Made by a program: the position numbers and the translations under genes. Source: Candidatus Aphodosoma sp. (GTDB lineage Bacteria > Bacteroidota > Bacteroidia > Bacteroidales > Paludibacteraceae). From it: a stretch of DNA of 31,518 nt. This document shows positions 26,732 through 31,518 of the stretch, one piece after another. Numbering within the stretch: position 1 is the stretch's first letter; each line of letters starts with the position of its first letter. The notes under the pieces are model-generated. The model ran no database searches and was not told the origin of the DNA. It saw only the letters and a list, made by a program, of their open reading frames with translations. The stretch lies in assembly GCA_045615085.1 (NCBI GenBank), contig JAZLEE010000042.1, positions 1-31,518 on the forward strand, given 5' to 3'.

Positions 26732-28681
26732 TTATTCCCAAAAATTCCAACTCAACCCAAATTGCAACGTAGCAGGATTAATTGGATAATCTGGCATCGA
26801 CATAGAATTCATACCACCAAAAAGTCCTCGATTAAGATGATAATATTGTACAAAAAAGCGAACCGTCTTTAAGTGAAAATTACCATAAACACTAACTTCA
26901 GGATAACCTCCTATCAACGTCTCCTTTTGTAAATAGAATTGTCCTAATGCCGGCATATAAGCATTACCATAATACTCAGTATGATAGCGCACCGAAGCAC
27001 CTAATTGCACAGTAAGCACCTTAAAAAATTTATCTTTATAATAGAAATTGCCATACAACGCCACATCTGGCAAAGGCAAAACATCCCTATCACTCGATAA
27101 CTGATACACAGCATCTACGTCCAAATAAAATCTCCATGCTCTAAGACGTGCGGCCAAATCTATTGCCAACACTTGCACATTACCATCAAACTGCGTAGGA
27201 CTACACGCTTCATTGAGATAAACATAATTGGTCACATTCCTAAATCTAACACCCAACGAAATATTGCGTTTAGGCAAACCAACTCGACCTTGAATATCTA
27301 ATGCCAATGTATTATCAAAATCTAAATCACTCCACTTGAAGTGGTTACTCTCATAATATCGATATTGATGATACTCCGAAAAGTTTCTGAATCCACCACT
27401 TGCCAACAAAGACAAAGGTTCACCAGCAATATTAAAATCAAAATCAAAGCGACCATCAAGGTCAAATTCACCTATATGTGGACCTGCAAGGTAGATACGT
27501 CCTCCGATATCATACTTCACCCAACGACCTTCTCGCTTAAACATATTTGCCCCAAAAATCAAGTTGTGAGAATATGAATTATCGAATCGCAAAGTATCAA
27601 CTTTATTTTTAATACCCATACCATAATGGCGCAAATCATATTTAATATATGCCGACAATCCAAAGCGAAAAAGACGATTAAATTGCTCGTCGAGTGTTGC
27701 GGCAAAAGTATTACCTATGCGGAAATAAGCAGTAGAATCTTTAGTATATGTATCCGAAAAATAGTTATTTTCATAAAATCCTGTAGGCACACTCTCTTCT
27801 ACATATTTTCGTCCTACATCTTCGGCATCAAACGTGTGTGTCAACACCAAAATTGGCACATACTCCGTATATACCGAATCCGCTCCATCCACAGCCTTAC
27901 ACTTACGCTGCATCTCCTTACCTATCTTATATCTGTGATTAAAAAAGTAATTAAAATTGTGATATGCCGACTGCGCAGCTGTCATTTTCACAGGTATATT
28001 CGTAGCTCTTATGCTAGCATAAGCTGGGTTAAGCACATAATTTATATCTGCCACCCCACCATTTTCGCGATTTTTAAATGAATTGAACATTACCGACGAC
28101 ACTATCTCGTATTGTCCACCTGTGTAGGTAGCCCAAAATCCACCGTTCAACATATTCGACGACTGATTCTGATACTGCCCACGTCCATATATCAAATTAC
28201 ACAAACCACCCACATTTACTCGCTTATTTGCATTCATCGTAAGCATAATCTTGAAATAATCTTCCTCCAACATACGTGGCATAGCCGAACGATAAACCAT
28301 CTGAGCAAACGGTTGCTTCACATCATAATAGCGCACATCTGTAGATTTCATCAAATACGGAGCATAAGCACGCTCAAACATATCCTCACGCGAACCCTCC
28401 TTTCTATCAAAATAAATTTTCGATTCAAGAGGCGAACCTAAATTGCCATTCCACGAATTAGCAATACTGTAATTATTAATAGGTTGATTGTCTTGATAAT
28501 TCACTGTCAAAGTATCTACCACCACAGTATCAGCCACACCATAAATGTCATCCACCACCCACGTCTTAATCTCACGACTAACCGTATCCTGCTTTGCTGT
28601 AGGCATAGGCAAATCGCGGAATTGACCATATGTCAACACCGAAAACAACAAACCTATTACCGCCAAAAAATATCTATTCAT
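26732..28681 (-). CDS. Putative porin / outer-membrane beta-barrel protein (Porin_10-like)
   Basis: Signal peptide, GNLGSPLESKIYF, YYDVKQPF, YGRGQYQNQ, ENGG, alternating beta-strand pattern and a terminal QFGLSWNF. Confidence 0.85.
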   Translation of the reverse strand: MNRYFLAVIGLLFSVLTYGQFRDLPMPTAKQDTVSREIKTWVVDDIYGVADTVVVDTLTVNYQDNQPINNYSIANSWNGNLGSPLESKIYFDRKEGSREDMFERAYAPYLMKSTDVRYYDVKQPFAQMVYRSAMPRMLEEDYFKIMLTMNANKRVNVGGLCNLIYGRGQYQNQSSNMLNGGFWATYTGGQYEIVSSVMFNSFKNRENGGVADINYVLNPAYASIRATNIPVKMTAAQSAYHNFNYFFNHRYKIGKEMQRKCKAVDGADSVYTEYVPILVLTHTFDAEDVGRKYVEESVPTGFYENNYFSDTYTKDSTAYFRIGNTFAATLDEQFNRLFRFGLSAYIKYDLRHYGMGIKNKVDTLRFDNSYSHNLIFGANMFKREGRWVKYDIGGRIYLAGPHIGEFDLDGRFDFDFNIAGEPLSLLASGGFRNFSEYHQYRYYESNHFKWSDLDFDNTLALDIQGRVGLPKRNISLGVRFRNVTNYVYLNEACSPTQFDGNVQVLAIDLAARLRAWRFYLDVDAVYQLSSDRDVLPLPDVALYGNFYYKDKFFKVLTVQLGASVRYHTEYYGNAYMPALGQFYLQKETLIGGYPEVSVYGNFHLKTVRFFVQYYHLNRGLFGGMNSMSMPDYPINPATLQFGLSWNFWE

Positions 28682-28700
28682 TATGTAACTATCTTTTCTG

Positions 28701-28732
28701 CAAAGTTACAAAAAATATTTTAACCACGCAAA
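28701..28732 (-). promoter_or_regulatory. Bacteroidota promoter for the putative porin
   Basis: Minus strand TTTG (28732-28729), 20-nt spacer, TAACTTTG (28708-28701). Confidence 0.72.
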
Positions 28733-28796
28733 TTTTCAAACCAACATTCTAAATATCAACAAAATAAAAAAAATAAATAAAAAAATACAGAAAAAA

Positions 28797-28828
28797 TTTG
28801 CATATCCCAACAATTCATTATAAATTTG
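28797..28828 (+). promoter_or_regulatory. Bacteroidota promoter for recQ (divergent from the porin promoter)
   Basis: TTTG (28797-28800), 20-nt spacer, TAAATTTG (28821-28828). Confidence 0.7.
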
Positions 28829-28886
28829 CTATTCCAATTAAGAACCGAAGCACTTCAAACCTTTGGCGATAAAATTGAATGATTTG

Positions 28887-28914
28887 TGCATTATGAATTC
28901 TGCATTATGCATTG
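28887..28914. repeat. Degenerate heptamer array in the recQ leader
   Basis: TGCATTA TGAATTC TGCATTA TGCATTG, read directly. Confidence 0.7.
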
Positions 28915-28936
28915 AAAAAATTATGCATTAAAAACT

Positions 28937-31126
28937 ATGGCAAAGAAAAACGAATTAACCACAGCACTAAAAAAACACTTTGGATTCGATAAATTCAAAG
29001 GCAACCAAGAGGCTATAATCCAAAATGTGTTAGATGGTAACGACACCTTCGTGCTAATGCCAACAGGTGGTGGCAAATCACTATGCTACCAATTGCCTGC
29101 TCTTATAATGGAAGGAACGGCAATCGTCATCTCCCCTCTCATCGCTTTGATGAAAAATCAAGTCGATGCTCTGCGCCGATTCGCAGAAGATGATTCTATT
29201 GCCCATTTTCTCAATTCTTCGCTCAATCGTGCTGCAATCGACCAAGTGAAAGAAGATATTCGCAATGGTAAAACCAAAATACTCTACGTAGCACCCGAAT
29301 CACTCAACAAAGACGAGAACGTAGAATTCCTTCGCAATCACAAAATATCATTCTATGCCATCGACGAGGCTCACTGTATATCTGAATGGGGTCACGACTT
29401 CCGTCCTGAATATCGACGCATAAAACCTATTACAGAAAAGATAGGCAAAGCTCCGGTAATCGCACTCACAGCTACTGCAACGCCTAAAGTGCAACTCGAC
29501 ATACAAAAAACTCTTGGCATGACAGATGCCATCACCTATCGTTCGTCATTCAACCGACAAAACCTCTATTACGAAGTACGTCCAAAAACTGACAACATAG
29601 AAAAAGATATAATCAAATTCATCAAAGCAAACCCTGGCAAATCAGGTATCATCTACTGCCTCAGTCGCAAAAAAGTAGAAGACCTTGCCGAAACTCTCCG
29701 CCTCAACGACATCTCTGCTCTACCTTACCATGCAGGATTAGATGGCGCTATACGTAGCGAAAACCAAGACAAATTCCTCATGGAAGATGTTAATGTAATT
29801 GTTGCTACTATAGCATTTGGTATGGGTATTGACAAACCTGATGTGCGCTACGTCATTCACTACGATATTCCTAAATCTCTCGAAGGATACTATCAAGAAA
29901 CAGGTCGTGCAGGACGCGATGGTGGCGAAGGCAAATGTATTGCCTTCTACAACCAAAAAGACCTACAAAAACTAGAAAAATTCACTCAAGATAAACCCGT
30001 AAGCGAACAAGAAATTGGCAAACAACTCATTGCCGAAACCGCAGCTTATGCCGAATCTACTATGTGCCGACGCCGTTTTCTCCTTCACTATTTCGGCGAA
30101 ACATATGCTGACGAAAACTGCGGTAATTGTGATAACTGTTTAAATCCTAAAAAACAAGTGGAAACCCAAGATCTATTATGCGCTGTAATAGAAACTATTC
30201 TCGCAACTAAAGAAAAATTCAAAGCTGAAGTAATCATCGACGTTCTCACTGGTAGAGAATCTGCCGATGTCAAAGCATACGAACTCACCGAACTTGAACT
30301 CTTCGACTCTACTTCTGACGAAGAAAAAGAGATACTCCCTGCCGTAATACGCCAAGCAATGATTAACAAATACATCGAAAAAGAAATCGAAAACTATGGC
30401 GTACTTAAAGTAACTGATGCTGGCAAAAAATTCCTTAAAAAACCTACTTCTTTCAAAGTCAGCAAAGACAGCGATTTCAACGAAGAACAAGAAGAAGCAC
30501 CTCAAATCTCAGGCAATTCATGCGCTATGGACCCTGCACTCTTTGGTATGCTCAAAGACCTTCGTAAAAAAATCGCCAAAGAAGAGAACTTACCACCTTA
30601 CGTTATTTTCCAAGATCCTTCGCTCGAGGCAATGGCTACAACATACCCTATCAACCTCGAAGAATTGCAAAATATTCCTGGTGTAGGTTCGGGCAAAATC
30701 GACAAAAAATATGCTCAAGAATTTGTCGACCTCATTCGCAAACACGTACGCGACAACGATATCGAACGTCCTGAAGACCTCCGTGTACGCACCATTGCCA
30801 ACAAATCAAAACTCAAAATCGAAATCATACAAGCTATCGACCGCAAAGTGGCTCTCGACGACCTTGCCGAATCAAAAGGCATCGACTTCCACGACCTCCT
30901 CAACGAAATCGATGCTATCGTATATTCTGGTACTAAACTCAACATCGACTACTTCCTCGAAGAGGTAATGGACCACGAGGTAATCGACGAAATATTCGAC
31001 TACTTCAAAAATGAGTCAGAATCTGACGATGTAGAAACTGCTCTCCGCGAACTTGGCGAAGACGACTACTCTGAAGAAGAAGTACGACTCGTTCGAATCA
31101 AATTCCTTTCTGATATTTCTAATTAA
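28937..31126 (+). CDS. recQ: ATP-dependent DNA helicase RecQ
   Basis: MPTGGGKSLCYQLPA, AIDEAHCISEWGHDFRPEY, QETGRAGRDG, CRRRFLLHYFGE...CGNCDNC (zinc), RQC and HRDC domains. Confidence 0.98.
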   Translation: MAKKNELTTALKKHFGFDKFKGNQEAIIQNVLDGNDTFVLMPTGGGKSLCYQLPALIMEGTAIVISPLIALMKNQVDALRRFAEDDSIAHFLNSSLNRAAIDQVKEDIRNGKTKILYVAPESLNKDENVEFLRNHKISFYAIDEAHCISEWGHDFRPEYRRIKPITEKIGKAPVIALTATATPKVQLDIQKTLGMTDAITYRSSFNRQNLYYEVRPKTDNIEKDIIKFIKANPGKSGIIYCLSRKKVEDLAETLRLNDISALPYHAGLDGAIRSENQDKFLMEDVNVIVATIAFGMGIDKPDVRYVIHYDIPKSLEGYYQETGRAGRDGGEGKCIAFYNQKDLQKLEKFTQDKPVSEQEIGKQLIAETAAYAESTMCRRRFLLHYFGETYADENCGNCDNCLNPKKQVETQDLLCAVIETILATKEKFKAEVIIDVLTGRESADVKAYELTELELFDSTSDEEKEILPAVIRQAMINKYIEKEIENYGVLKVTDAGKKFLKKPTSFKVSKDSDFNEEQEEAPQISGNSCAMDPALFGMLKDLRKKIAKEENLPPYVIFQDPSLEAMATTYPINLEELQNIPGVGSGKIDKKYAQEFVDLIRKHVRDNDIERPEDLRVRTIANKSKLKIEIIQAIDRKVALDDLAESKGIDFHDLLNEIDAIVYSGTKLNIDYFLEEVMDHEVIDEIFDYFKNESESDDVETALRELGEDDYSEEEVRLVRIKFLSDISN

Positions 31127-31146
31127 AACACTAATACTAACAACAC

Positions 31147-31206
31147 GAGTTAGAAGAAAAAGGAAATATCTCCTCACTCCTAACTCTTAACTCCTAACTA
31201 ATTATG
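31147..31206 (+). repeat. Second copy of the GAGTYAGAAG...(TAACTCC)n-TAACTAATT-ATG element
   Basis: GAGTTAGAAG at 31147-31156, then TCACTCC TAACTCT TAACTCC TAACT AATT ATG. Confidence 0.8.
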
Positions 31207-31518
31207 GCTATTATTAAACCTTTCAAAGGCGTACGCCCTCCAAAAAATCTTGTAGAACAAGTAGCATCTCGTCCTTACGACGTGCTTAACTCTGACGAAG
31301 CTCGTAAAGAAGCTGAAGGCAACGAAAAATCTCTCTACTACATCATCAAACCAGAAATCAACTTCCCAGTTGGTACAGACGAACACGAACCAATGGTGTA
31401 CGACAAAGCTGCTGAAAACTTCCAACTCTGGCAAGATCGTGGCTGGCTCGTTCAAGACAAAAAAGAGTGCTACTATGTTTACGCTCAAACAATGAACGGC
31501 AAAACTCAATATGGTCTT
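31204..31518 (+). CDS. DUF1015 family protein, 3'-truncated by the window edge
   Basis: Manual translation gives MAIIKPFKGVRPPKNLVEQVASRPYDVLNSDEARKEAEGNEKSLLHIIKPEI...YYVYAQTMNGKTQYGL. I.PFKG.RP and SRPYDV are characteristic of DUF1015. Confidence 0.9.
   Translation, partial: MAIIKPFKGVRPPKNLVEQVASRPYDVLNSDEARKEAEGNEKSLYYIIKPEINFPVGTDEHEPMVYDKAAENFQLWQDRGWLVQDKKECYYVYAQTMNGKTQYGL

Noticed and set aside
31198-31509. 103-aa minus-strand ORF at the window end
   Set aside because: Antisense to the DUF1015 gene, which is well supported on the plus strand.

Overview
Chromosomal window from an AT-rich Bacteroidales bacterium (inferred from porU/porV, DUF4293, the BT0820-like HAD protein and Bacteroidota TTTG-N19-21-TAnnTTTG promoters). 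It is mostly housekeeping. Plus strand, left: partial yjdM/phnA-like gene, DUF2130, tgt, lptF/G-family permease, mfd. Minus strand: a ~14.6 kb co-directional run of tyrS, udk, SLT transglycosylase, rfbD, DEAD-box helicase, FAH family, porU, porV, ispF, ftsK and a lolA-like gene. Right: recR, a membrane protein, a HAD protein, DUF4293, a putative porin (minus), recQ and a partial DUF1015 gene. The only clearly accessory block is about 22.2-24.35 kb, between the divergent tyrS and recR genes. It holds a stand-alone lipoprotein whose promoter spacer contains a 12-nt homopolymer, an orphan PD-(D/E)XK nuclease, a GTAG-tagged REP-like palindrome and an extremely G-poor degenerate repeat. Both genes in this block have canonical Shine-Dalgarno motifs, unlike the core genes. 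The intergenic DNA also carries several unexplained small elements: twin hairpins after the DEAD-box gene, a structured tyrS leader and heptamer arrays fused to start codons. I found no rRNA, tRNA, CRISPR array, integrase or transposase. I see no firm evidence of a complete new multi-gene system. The nuclease/lipoprotein islet and the small cis elements are the best leads. All calls are by eye, with no database searches.
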